53,382 nt of DNA from Rhodospirillales bacterium (GTDB lineage: Bacteria; Pseudomonadota; Alphaproteobacteria; Rhodospirillales; CALINB01). The DNA is taken from assembly GCA_040904505.1 (NCBI GenBank), contig JBBDTH010000024.1, positions 1-53,382 of the forward strand, in the 5' to 3' direction. Below the pieces are notes generated by a model, which worked only from the letters and a program-made list of their open reading frames with translations, did not search any database and had not been told where the DNA came from. Both the position numbers and the translations under genes were made by a program. This document shows positions 43,574-52,479 of this stretch, piece after piece; positions within the stretch are counted from its first letter, which is position 1, and each line of letters opens with the position of its first letter.

Positions 43574-45320
43574 CGTGACGCTCCCGAATGACCGCGGAGG
43601 CTTTCGTGAGAGAGATCAACCGGACCGGCGAACGCTTGGGTTTTTCGATTTCCGGTTCGGGCGCGATTCCGAGAACCGGCGCCATGCGCTCGACGATGCG
43701 CCCGACGACCGGCGCCGCGACCCAACCGCCCGTCGCGAAATAGTGCGTTTGCGCGGTGCCTTTGGGCTCATCGACCAAAACCAGGATCGCATAACGGGGA
43801 TTGTCGATGGGGAACGCGCCGACAAACGAGGAAATCAACGCCTTGACGTTATACCGGCCCCCGGCCTGTTTTTCCGCCGTGCCGGTTTTACCGCCGATCC
43901 GATATCCCGGCACGCCGGCTTTCTTGCCGGTGCCCTGATCGACGACGAGATGCATCAGACCGCGCATCTGGCGCGACGTTTGCGCCGAGAGAATCTGTTC
44001 GCCGGGGTGCGCATCCCGGCGGGTCCATTTCAATACCGTGGCCGAGCGGTGGTAGCCGCCGTTCACCAGCGCCGCCACCGCTTCGGTCATTTGAATGGGG
44101 CTGACCGCGATTCCGTGACCGTACGAGATGGTCATCGTGTTGATGTCGCGCCACCGCGCCGGCGCGAGCGGCGCGCCGACCTCGGGCAATTCGATGTTGG
44201 GGGTCCGCAGCAAGCCCAATTGTTTCAGATAAGCCTGTTGGACCTGCGGGCCGACATCGAGCGCCATCTTGGCCGAGCCGATGTTCGAGGAATGCACGAG
44301 GATTTCGGGCACCGACAGCCATCTGTTTTTGGCGTGATAATCGGAAATCCGGAATCGGGCGATCTTGATGGGATGGCTGGCGTCGTAGCCGTCGCGCAAC
44401 GTGACGGTGCCGCTGTCGAGCGCCATCGCCGTGGTGAACAGCTTGAAGGTCGAGCCCATTTCGTAGACGCCCTTGGTCGCCCGGTTAAAGCCGGCCTCGC
44501 CGATCGCCGTCGACGGATCGTTGGGCGTGAAATCGGGCAAGGACACCATCGCCAGCGTTTCGCCGGTTTGCACATCCATGATGATGCCGGAACCGCCCAA
44601 GGCCGTGAACTCGGTAACCGCCTTGGAAAGCTCGTCGCGCAGGATGCTTTGCAGGCGCACGTCGATCGACAGCGACAGCGGCGCCGATCCTTGTTTCAGG
44701 ACCTGATCGAAATGACTCTCGACCCCGGCGATGCCGCGGCCGTCGACGTCGGTAAATCCTAAAACGTGCGACGCCAGCCGGCCGTGAGGATAGACCCGGC
44801 GGATTTCACGCCTGAAGCCGAAACCGGGAATGCCGAGGCGATTGACCTCGTATACCTGTTGCGGCGTGAGATTGCGCTGCAGCCAGACGAACGAACTGTC
44901 GGTACGCAGCTTCATCAGAAGCTCGTCGCGGCTCAACTCGGGCAGGACACGACCGAGTTTATCGACCGCCTCGTCGGCATCCAGAATATCCCGCGGATTC
45001 GCATACAAAGATTCCGTCGGAAGATTGGTCGCCAGGATAATTCCGTTACGATCCACGATGTCCGCGCGCGCGAAATCGGCTTTCGTGCCCGTTGTCGCGG
45101 CAAAGTCCCGGCCTTCCTCGAAACCATACATCGTCAAATCGATCAAGCGGCCGGTAACGGCGGCAAACGCCAGCAACAACACGACACCGGTTACGAGCAG
45201 CCGGTTGCGCCCGACTTCGAGTGCCTGTTTCAGGTTGCCTTCCAGATGCACGAAACGGCTGTGATGCAGTTTCAACGTGTCTTGGTCTTTTTGTTTTCGG
45301 TTTTCCATGAAGTTACTCAT
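43560..45320 (-). CDS. ftsI: Peptidoglycan D,D-transpeptidase FtsI (PBP3)
   Basis: RADIVDRNG, RVYP, EMGSTFK (SxxK), SSN, KTGT. Confidence 0.96.
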   Translation of the reverse strand: MSNFMENRKQKDQDTLKLHHSRFVHLEGNLKQALEVGRNRLLVTGVVLLLAFAAVTGRLIDLTMYGFEEGRDFAATTGTKADFARADIVDRNGIILATNLPTESLYANPRDILDADEAVDKLGRVLPELSRDELLMKLRTDSSFVWLQRNLTPQQVYEVNRLGIPGFGFRREIRRVYPHGRLASHVLGFTDVDGRGIAGVESHFDQVLKQGSAPLSLSIDVRLQSILRDELSKAVTEFTALGGSGIIMDVQTGETLAMVSLPDFTPNDPSTAIGEAGFNRATKGVYEMGSTFKLFTTAMALDSGTVTLRDGYDASHPIKIARFRISDYHAKNRWLSVPEILVHSSNIGSAKMALDVGPQVQQAYLKQLGLLRTPNIELPEVGAPLAPARWRDINTMTISYGHGIAVSPIQMTEAVAALVNGGYHRSATVLKWTRRDAHPGEQILSAQTSRQMRGLMHLVVDQGTGKKAGVPGYRIGGKTGTAEKQAGGRYNVKALISSFVGAFPIDNPRYAILVLVDEPKGTAQTHYFATGGWVAAPVVGRIVERMAPVLGIAPEPEIEKPKRSPVRLISLTKASAVIRERHVASR

Positions 45321-45688
45321 CGGTCTGCCTTTCTGTCAGCCAATGGCACCGACAACGAATTTCTTTTCGCCGCTAGGGAAACGGGCGTTTCGATTTCGAT
45401 TTGAGCCTCGGGCACACGCGCGGCAAACGCCGGCCACCGGGTCAATTGACCGGCGCCGACCGGCTGCATGCCCAAATGACGTTCCGCCAAACGGCGCAAC
45501 CGTTCCGTATCGTTCAGGTGACTCCACTCGGCGTTCAGGACGTGGATGGCGCGTTGATTGGCATCGATGTTCCGAACCAAGGTCTTGAGTTCGTGTTCGA
45601 GATCCTGCACCTGATACTTCACCGTGAACAAAACCAGGCTCAAGGCGCCGGCCAACAGGATAAACAGCACGGTCGTATGCCGGATCAT
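45317..45688 (-). CDS. ftsL: Cell division protein FtsL
   Basis: N-terminal TM helix, coiled coil, VL.AEWS.LN..ERL..LA; lies between rsmH and ftsI. Confidence 0.9.
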   Translation of the reverse strand: MIRHTTVLFILLAGALSLVLFTVKYQVQDLEHELKTLVRNIDANQRAIHVLNAEWSHLNDTERLRRLAERHLGMQPVGAGQLTRWPAFAARVPEAQIEIETPVSLAAKRNSLSVPLADRKADR

Positions 45689-46686
45689 GCCGCTCTCCTG
45701 TTGCCCTGATCTTCATCGGGGCCGGGGGGATCGGGGGGATCGGACCGGGGCGGCGCGACCAGGCGTTCGGCCGCCCGCAAACGGGCCGAGCGGGCCCGCG
45801 GGTTGACGGCGATTTCCGCCGCCGACGGTTTGCTCGCGCGGCGGCGCAAGAGACGGAACGTGGGGGGGTGGGAGTCCGTCTCTCGTTCCGGCAAATGACG
45901 GGAGGTTTTGCCGGAACTGCCGCTGCGCAAACGCATGAATTCCTTGACCTTGCGGTCTTCCAACGAATGAAACGAAACGACGACCAGATGCCCGCCGGGC
46001 TCCAGGATCGTTTCCGCCGAGCGCAGGCCGCGGTCGATTTCACCGAGCTCGTCGTTCACGAATATCCGTAAGGCTTGAAAGGTCCGGGTCGCCGGATCGA
46101 TGCCGTCGCGCGCGCGCGGCAAAACCGCCCGGACCAGTTCCGCCAGATGAAGCGTGCGCGTGATGGGGGTGCCCCGGCGCGCTTCGATGATGGCATGGGC
46201 GATGCGGCGCGATGCCCGCTCCTCGCCGTAGATATAGAGGATATCCGCCAATTCCTTTTCGGGCGTTTGATTGACGATATCCGCGGCCGACGGGCCCGTC
46301 TTTTCCATGCGCATATCGAGCGGGCCGTCGGCGCGAAAGGAGAAGCCCCGGTCGGCCTCGTCGAGTTGCATGGAGGAAACGCCGAGATCGAGCGCAACGC
46401 CGCTGACCGACGTCACTCCCCGATGCGCCAAGAGGGCATCCATCTCGCCGAAGCGGCCGGTCAGAACGCACAGCCTGCCGGCATACGCCCGTTCGACGTC
46501 CGAGGCGCGGGCCTTGACGTCCGGATCGCGGTCGATGCCGTAGACGGCGCAGTCGGCCGAGTCCAGAACGGCGCGGCTATAGCCGCCGGCGCCGAAGGTC
46601 CCGTCCACGTATATACCGCCGTCCCTGGGGGCCAGCGCCGCCAGCACCTCATCGACCATCACCGGCTGATGTCCGCGTGTCGCCAT
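45685..46686 (-). CDS. rsmH: 16S rRNA (C1402-N4)-methyltransferase
   Basis: HQPVM, DGTFGAGGY, DLGVSSMQLD, GPLDMRM, TFQALRI.VN.EL, SFHSLED, NPRARSA.LR. Confidence 0.97.
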   Translation of the reverse strand: MATRGHQPVMVDEVLAALAPRDGGIYVDGTFGAGGYSRAVLDSADCAVYGIDRDPDVKARASDVERAYAGRLCVLTGRFGEMDALLAHRGVTSVSGVALDLGVSSMQLDEADRGFSFRADGPLDMRMEKTGPSAADIVNQTPEKELADILYIYGEERASRRIAHAIIEARRGTPITRTLHLAELVRAVLPRARDGIDPATRTFQALRIFVNDELGEIDRGLRSAETILEPGGHLVVVSFHSLEDRKVKEFMRLRSGSSGKTSRHLPERETDSHPPTFRLLRRRASKPSAAEIAVNPRARSARLRAAERLVAPPRSDPPDPPGPDEDQGNRRAA

Positions 46687-46690
46687 CGGC

Positions 46691-47164
46691 TCAGCCCTCC
46701 CCGGGCGCAGCGGGGGCGCGCCGCAGCCGCAGCGTCGCGCCCCGGGCGCGGGCCCGATCGAAGGCATGGGTGCGGTTCGCCTCGTAGGCCTTGGGCTCCC
46801 AAAGCTGGAGCCGGGTGCCCCGGCCGACGAAAACGACATCGCCCGCGATGCCCGCGTGATCGCGAAGATCCTTGGGCAGAACCACGCGGCCTTCCGGATC
46901 GAACGGCAGCGGATAGGCGTTTTCCAGAATAATGGCGGCGAGATCGTCGTGTTCGTCGGAAAAAAGATCCAAATCCTCCAAGCTTTCGCTCAGGCGGCCC
47001 ATAAAATCCTCGCCGCAGGCCTCGATCGCCGGCACCTTGAAATGGGGATAGGCGTAAAACCCTGAAAACGTTTGGTTTTGGAAGGCGTCGCGAAAGGGTT
47101 TGGGAACCGAAACCCGGCCCTTCTTATCGATCTTGTTGACGTACTTGCCCACCAGCAGCGGCAT
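46691..47164 (-). CDS. mraZ: Transcriptional regulator MraZ
   Basis: DKKGRVSVP and DPEGRVVLP repeats; first gene of the dcw cluster. Confidence 0.95.
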   Translation of the reverse strand: MPLLVGKYVNKIDKKGRVSVPKPFRDAFQNQTFSGFYAYPHFKVPAIEACGEDFMGRLSESLEDLDLFSDEHDDLAAIILENAYPLPFDPEGRVVLPKDLRDHAGIAGDVVFVGRGTRLQLWEPKAYEANRTHAFDRARARGATLRLRRAPAAPGEG

Positions 47165-47260
47165 GGCAGCCCCCAAATAACCGTTTTAAATCCATCGGTT
47201 ACGGCTCGCCCGTCGCGCCTGGGCCGTATGGATTCGGTCTCAACGCACCATGTATTTCTT

Positions 47261-47315
47261 TGGGATATCATGGGAAATTATGGGCGTCAATGGGACACTA
47301 TGGTCGCTTTTGGGT
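47261..47315. promoter_or_regulatory. MraZ-box array: six TGGG-like units at 10-bp period
   Basis: TGGGA, TGGGA, TGGGC, TGGGA, TGGTC, TGGGT at 47261, 47271, 47281, 47291, 47301 and 47311, upstream of mraZ. Confidence 0.85.
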
Positions 47316-47574
47316 TAATAAAATCTTGCCGGGCAAGCATTTAGCGCCTTCCCGAGAGCTTCCCGGCGGCCGCTCCGCCGGGTGCCGATCCGCCGGTCAG
47401 GCCATAAAGCCCTCCGATTGCGGCGGATTTATGGTGAAAACCTTACGAATCGGTCATAAAATCCACCGGGGCCCACCGGCAAATCGGCGGTTGCGATCCC
47501 CGGGCCGCCGCCGTATTTTCACGCTTATCGCTTGTTTTTCTTTACTTTTTACCTAACAAAAGGACGTTTGCGGC

Positions 47575-48660
47575 ATGACTATGGTGTTTTCGAACGCGGA
47601 TGTGGAGCAAGCACTCGCCATGCCGGACTGCCTCGCGGCCCTCGAGAACACCTACCGCAACATCGCCCGCGGGCACGCCCTGACCGGGCGGCGCTCCGAC
47701 ATCATGACCCCGACGGACCCGGTCGGCGCGGAAGAAGCGTCCTACCTGCTCAAGATCATGAACGGCGCCGATGCGACCCTTCAGGTCGCCGCCCTGCGCC
47801 TGACCTCGGAGATCATGATGTGGCCGATGGTATCCGGCGTGCGCCGGCGCATGAAGGCCCCGCGCGCGCCGAACGATCGTTGGGTCGGTCTGGTGCTGCT
47901 GTTTTCGACCGTCACCGGCGAGCCGCTCGCGATCTTTCCCGACGGCGTGATGCAGAAAACCCGCGTCGCGGCGACCAGCGCGCTCGGCGCGAAATATCTC
48001 GCGCGCAAGAATTCGGAAACGCTCGGCCTGATCGGCGCGGGCTGGCAGGCGAGCGCGCACGTTCTCGCCCACGCCTGCGTGCGGGACCTGAAGGAAATTC
48101 GCGTATTCAGCCCCACGGCCGCGCGGCGCGACGCGTTCTGCGCCGAGATGCGGGACCGAACCGGCGTTCGCATGATCCCGGTCGCTTCCGCCGAGGACGC
48201 CGTCAAGGATGCCGACATCGTGCAATGCTGCACCAATGCGATGGATCATGTGTACTTTAAGAAATGGCTCGAGCCCGGCGTGCATGTCGGCACGATCCGC
48301 GACGGCGAATTGGAAGCGGCCATGATCGACGCCGCCGACGTGCTGGTCATTCACGATCTTGAAAACATGGGCCGCGCCCAATTCAAAGCCGTCGGCGGCG
48401 CGCGCAACCGCGATCATGAAAACGAATCCGCCGGCCGCGAGGATTTCGAGAACTGGAGCCGCTCGCCGTCGCTCGCGCATATCGTCGCCGGCGATACGCC
48501 CGGGCGGACGCGCGACGATCAAATCACATGCTTTTTGAATTATCGCGGACTCGGTGTACAATTCGCCGCCGCCGGCGCCGCGTTCTATCACAAAGCCAAG
48601 GCCATGGGCCTCGGCAACGAGTTGCCGACCGATTGGTTCACCGAAGACGTCCTGCCTTAA
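47575..48660 (+). CDS. Ornithine cyclodeaminase/mu-crystallin family protein (copy 1)
   Basis: GLVLLFS..TGEPLAI, TRVAATS, Rossmann GLIGAGWQA, IRVFSPT, ADIV.C.TN, LEPGVHV, R..DQIT.F. Confidence 0.88.
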   Translation: MTMVFSNADVEQALAMPDCLAALENTYRNIARGHALTGRRSDIMTPTDPVGAEEASYLLKIMNGADATLQVAALRLTSEIMMWPMVSGVRRRMKAPRAPNDRWVGLVLLFSTVTGEPLAIFPDGVMQKTRVAATSALGAKYLARKNSETLGLIGAGWQASAHVLAHACVRDLKEIRVFSPTAARRDAFCAEMRDRTGVRMIPVASAEDAVKDADIVQCCTNAMDHVYFKKWLEPGVHVGTIRDGELEAAMIDAADVLVIHDLENMGRAQFKAVGGARNRDHENESAGREDFENWSRSPSLAHIVAGDTPGRTRDDQITCFLNYRGLGVQFAAAGAAFYHKAKAMGLGNELPTDWFTEDVLP

Positions 48661-48683
48661 TCTCGAACAAAAAGAACACGCCC

Positions 48684-49769
48684 ATGACCCTGCTTCTTTC
48701 CAACAAGGAAATCGAAACCCTGCTGACCATGCCCGAAAGCCTGGCCGCGCTCGAGGCCGCCTATAAGGACATCGCCGAGGGCAATGCCATCCCGGGGACA
48801 CGCGCCGACAACGTCGGCCGGAACAACGTTCCGGATGCGCTCTATCAGCTCAAAATGATGGGCAGCGTCGTCGAATCCCTGGGCGTCGGCGCCATCCGCA
48901 TCAACTCGGATATCCTCACCTGGCCGACGCAGTCCGGAACCCGCCGGCGCGTCAAGGCGCCGCTCGCGCCGAACGACCGCTGGACCGGCCTGGTGCTGCT
49001 GTTTTCCGCCCATACCGGCGAGCCGCTGGCGATCATGCCCGACGGCGTCATTCAGCTTACCCGGGTCGCCGCCACCACCGCGCTCGGCATGAAACACATG
49101 GCCCGCGAGAATTCGAAAACCGTCGGCCTGATCGGTGCCGGCGAACAAGCCCGCAGCCACGTTCTCGCCGCCGCCGCCGTGCGCGGCATCGAGGAAGTGC
49201 GCGTGTACAGTCCGACCAAATCGCGGCGCGACGCGTTTTGCCAGGAACTGCAAGGCAAAACCGGTATCCGGATGATCTCGGCCGAAAATTCCAGAAACGC
49301 GGTCGAGAACGCCGACGTCGTGATCTGCGCCACCAACGCGCTCGACACGGTTTTCTTCAAAGATTGGATCGAGCCCGGCATGCATATCACGTCGATTCAG
49401 GACAAGGGCGCCTCCGAGATCGAACCGGCCGCGATCCTCGCCGCCGACGTCGTCGCGGTTCACGAACGCGGCAACATGAGCCACGGCTACATCACCAAAA
49501 CCAAAAACGTCGTCATGCCCGATCAGGGCGAAGACCTGACCATGATCCCGGAACTCGAAGCCGTCATGAAAAGCCCGACGCTCGCCGAATTGATCGCGGG
49601 CCGGGCGCCGACGCGCGAGACCGACGATCAGGTCACGTGCTTTTTGAACTACCGCGGCCTCGGCGTGCAGTTCGCCGCGCTCGGATACGCGGTTTACCAC
49701 AACGCCAAAAACAAAAAAATCGGCAACGAGTTGCCGACCGATTGGTTCACCGAGGACGTGTGCCCGTAA
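48684..49769 (+). CDS. Ornithine cyclodeaminase/mu-crystallin family protein (copy 2)
   Basis: Same motifs as copy 1 (GLIGAGEQA, VRVYSPT, IEPGMHI). Start reassigned to ATG 48684. Confidence 0.88.
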   Translation: MTLLLSNKEIETLLTMPESLAALEAAYKDIAEGNAIPGTRADNVGRNNVPDALYQLKMMGSVVESLGVGAIRINSDILTWPTQSGTRRRVKAPLAPNDRWTGLVLLFSAHTGEPLAIMPDGVIQLTRVAATTALGMKHMARENSKTVGLIGAGEQARSHVLAAAAVRGIEEVRVYSPTKSRRDAFCQELQGKTGIRMISAENSRNAVENADVVICATNALDTVFFKDWIEPGMHITSIQDKGASEIEPAAILAADVVAVHERGNMSHGYITKTKNVVMPDQGEDLTMIPELEAVMKSPTLAELIAGRAPTRETDDQVTCFLNYRGLGVQFAALGYAVYHNAKNKKIGNELPTDWFTEDVCP

Positions 49770-49789
49770 AATCCGAATAGCGCATTAAA

Positions 49790-50191
<402 letters not shown>

Positions 50192-50197
50192 CGCATA

Positions 50198-50226
50198 TAA
50201 GTATGGCTTCGGGACTCGCCGTCAAG
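50198..50226 (-). promoter_or_regulatory. Putative rnpB promoter
   Basis: Minus strand CTTGACG followed by TACTTA/TAT, just upstream of the P1 5' end. Confidence 0.5.
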
Positions 50227-50233
50227 TCGTTCG

Positions 50234-50908
50234 TCACGCGACCCGGCGCAGCAGGGCCTCGAGCAGGCCCGCCGTCTCCGCATCGGCCGCGCCGTCGCAG
50301 CAATCGGGCCGGAAATGGCGCTGAAACGCCGTCACGGCGGCGGGCATATCCTTCATCTCGTAACCGTAGGCCGCCAACAGGGCCGCCACGGTTGTATCGT
50401 CGAATCGTTCGGCGGGCGCGGCTCGTTCCGGCCACAGGCCGATACCGGCCTCGGCCAACCGCCGCCAATCGAAGCGCTCGCCCGGGTCCTGCTTGCGCCG
50501 GGGCGCGACGTCCGAGTGCCCGACCACGTTACGCGCCTCGATCGGATGGCGCTTGATAATCCCCTTTGCGAGATCGATCAGTGCCGCCATCTGCGCGTCC
50601 GCGAAATCCACGTAACCGTATTCATGGCCGGGATTGACCAGCTCGATCCCGATCGAACGGGCGTTGATATCCGTGTATCCGCGCCAGAACGACACCCCGG
50701 CATGCCAGGCGCGCGCGTCCTCGTCGACCAACGCCGTTACCGCGCCGTCGACATCGATCACGTAATGAGCGCTGACTTTCGCGGCCGCGTCGCACAGCCG
50801 CGCCAGCGCATCCGCCGCCGTTTGCATGCCGGTATAGTGCAGCACCAGCATGTCGACGGGAATGCCTTCGGGGCGGACGTCGCAATTCGGGGAGCCGCGC
50901 CGGTTCAT
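50234..50908 (-). CDS. N-acetylmuramoyl-L-alanine amidase (Amidase_2, AmpD/AmiD-like) with peptidoglycan-binding C-terminus
   Basis: SPN, VLHYTGM, VSAHY, RAWHAGVS.W, SIGIEL.N, GHSDVAP.RK.DPG, AFQRHFRP. Confidence 0.95.
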   Translation of the reverse strand: MNRRGSPNCDVRPEGIPVDMLVLHYTGMQTAADALARLCDAAAKVSAHYVIDVDGAVTALVDEDARAWHAGVSFWRGYTDINARSIGIELVNPGHEYGYVDFADAQMAALIDLAKGIIKRHPIEARNVVGHSDVAPRRKQDPGERFDWRRLAEAGIGLWPERAAPAERFDDTTVAALLAAYGYEMKDMPAAVTAFQRHFRPDCCDGAADAETAGLLEALLRRVA

Positions 50909-50938
50909 CGAACGCCGGCGCGACCGGAACGGAAGCGA

Positions 50939-51415
50939 TTAGCGGTCCGTGCGGGCACTGAAACGCTGGATGCCTTTCTTCTGCGCAGAGGGACGCTCGA
51001 CGTGATTGGTGCGGACGTCTTTCTCGCCGCGCAGCTTTGCCGCCATCTGCAGCAATTCGAGATCCTCGTTGTCGTCGGCGCTTTCGAACCAGTAGGGCGT
51101 GCCGCGCGGCGTCATGAGGCCTTCCATCGGCCCGAACTCGCCCAAAATCGAATCGCCCTCGCCATAGAAACGGGCGCGGCCCTTGAGCACCATCCAGCAG
51201 GTATCGGTTACGGCGTGGGAATGCAGGTTGTTGCCCCCGCCCTTACGAACGATCTGCACGCATGTTTTCAGGATGTCGCTCTGACACAACTTCGACGAGC
51301 CCTTCTCCGTCGTCACGTCCGGTTTTTCGTAATGAAACGTCTGAATTTTGCGGGCCCGATCCGAAACGTGATCTTCCGCTTCTTCCGTAATCGGCTGGAT
51401 GCCATCGTCTGCCAT
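50939..51415 (-). CDS. Cupin domain protein with non-canonical metal motif
   Basis: RBS AAGGGAG; NLHSH...W.VLKGRARFY...PRGTPYWF. Confidence 0.8.
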   Translation of the reverse strand: MADDGIQPITEEAEDHVSDRARKIQTFHYEKPDVTTEKGSSKLCQSDILKTCVQIVRKGGGNNLHSHAVTDTCWMVLKGRARFYGEGDSILGEFGPMEGLMTPRGTPYWFESADDNEDLELLQMAAKLRGEKDVRTNHVERPSAQKKGIQRFSARTDR

Positions 51416-51541
51416 GAGCTAACTCCCTTGACCAGAAATTGAGAACTTTGTTGTCGTTTTCGGGCGCTAGAATAGCGCCGAATCCAAAAAACGCAAAGAC
51501 CCTCGAACGGCTAACGAAGGGAGTGTCTCGGTTTGCCCAAA

Positions 51542-51654
51542 TATCCTTCGAGACGCCCTTTTGCCTCATCCTGAGGAAGGCGCTTTTAGCGCCTGTCTCG
51601 AAGGATAAAGAGGTCAAACGCATGCGTTTGAAGGGCTCCTCAGGATGAGGCAAA
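51542..51654. repeat. Composite REP-like palindromic intergenic element
   Basis: Inverted repeats TATCCTTCGAGAC/GTCTCGAAGGATA and TTTGCCTCATCCTGAGGA/TCCTCAGGATGAGGCAAA, plus the internal palindrome TCAAACGCATGCGTTTGA. Confidence 0.8.
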
Positions 51655-51665
51655 CCGAGACCCCG

Positions 51666-52430
51666 CTACCGCAGGCCGCGCTCCTTCTCGATGCAGTCGT
51701 AGGCCGCGTTGATCGCCGCCATTTTCTCGTTGGCGATTGCCACGAATTCCGGCGGCATGCCTTGGGCGATCAAAACATCGGGATGATTTTCGCGGATCAG
51801 GCGGCGGTAGGTTTTCTTGATGTCGGCGTCGCTGGCGGTCCGCCCGAGGCCGAGTACGGCATAGGGGTCCATGTCGCCGGTGGTGCCGATGTGGCTTGCC
51901 AGGATGCGGTTGAAGGTCCGTTCGTCGAATCCGAAAATCTGCGCGACGGCACGGATGAACGTTTTTTCGGCGCGCGACACGGCGCCGTCCGCCTTGGCGA
52001 CATAAAAAAGGCCGCCCAACAATTCCTCCAGGACGCGCGGTTCGTGAACGAACATGTCGGCGATCTGGCGGGCGTAGGGCTCGAAGCCGGTCGCCTCGTG
52101 GCGCGCTTCGTTAAAAATCCTGCCGACGTCGGCCACCGCCTCGGCGGGAATATGGAAAGTCTCCTTGAAGGCATTCACCTCGGCGCGCGTGACGGTGCCG
52201 TCCACCTTCGCGAGCTTCGCCCCAAGCACGATCACCGCGACCGAAAACGCCACCTGACGCTGCTCGCGGTCCATTGCATAGTGGTCCTGCCCCCAATGGA
52301 CGAGTCTCTCGGCCGCCTGCCCTTGCGACCGGTCGACCGCATGCCCGGCGATCATGCCCAGAATCGCGCCCAACGGACCGCCGAGCGCGAACCCGGTCAC
52401 GCCGCCGATCACCTTTCCCCAAACGCTCAC
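51666..52430 (-). CDS. djlA: DjlA-type co-chaperone (TM helix, TerB-like domain, J domain)
   Basis: WGK.IGG..G...GGP.GA..G...GH..D, AKLAKVDG.V..AE, DPY.VLG, HPD, INAAY. Confidence 0.9.
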   Translation of the reverse strand: MSVWGKVIGGVTGFALGGPLGAILGMIAGHAVDRSQGQAAERLVHWGQDHYAMDREQRQVAFSVAVIVLGAKLAKVDGTVTRAEVNAFKETFHIPAEAVADVGRIFNEARHEATGFEPYARQIADMFVHEPRVLEELLGGLFYVAKADGAVSRAEKTFIRAVAQIFGFDERTFNRILASHIGTTGDMDPYAVLGLGRTASDADIKKTYRRLIRENHPDVLIAQGMPPEFVAIANEKMAAINAAYDCIEKERGLR

Positions 52431-52479
52431 GGCTTGGCTCGCATCGCAATGACGCCGCGCTTATCGGAATAGGAAAAAA

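Noticed and set aside
47261-47320. Periodic repeat considered as a mini-CRISPR or iteron array
   Set aside because: Units are 4-5 bp at 10-bp period, match MraZ boxes, and there are no cas or rep genes.
47165-47340. CtrA sites (TTAA-N7-TTAA) at the dcw promoter
   Set aside because: Only half-sites seen, with no correctly spaced pair.
51439-51653. 69-aa and 136-aa ORFs over the palindromic element
   Set aside because: Translations of a non-coding repeat and intergenic DNA.
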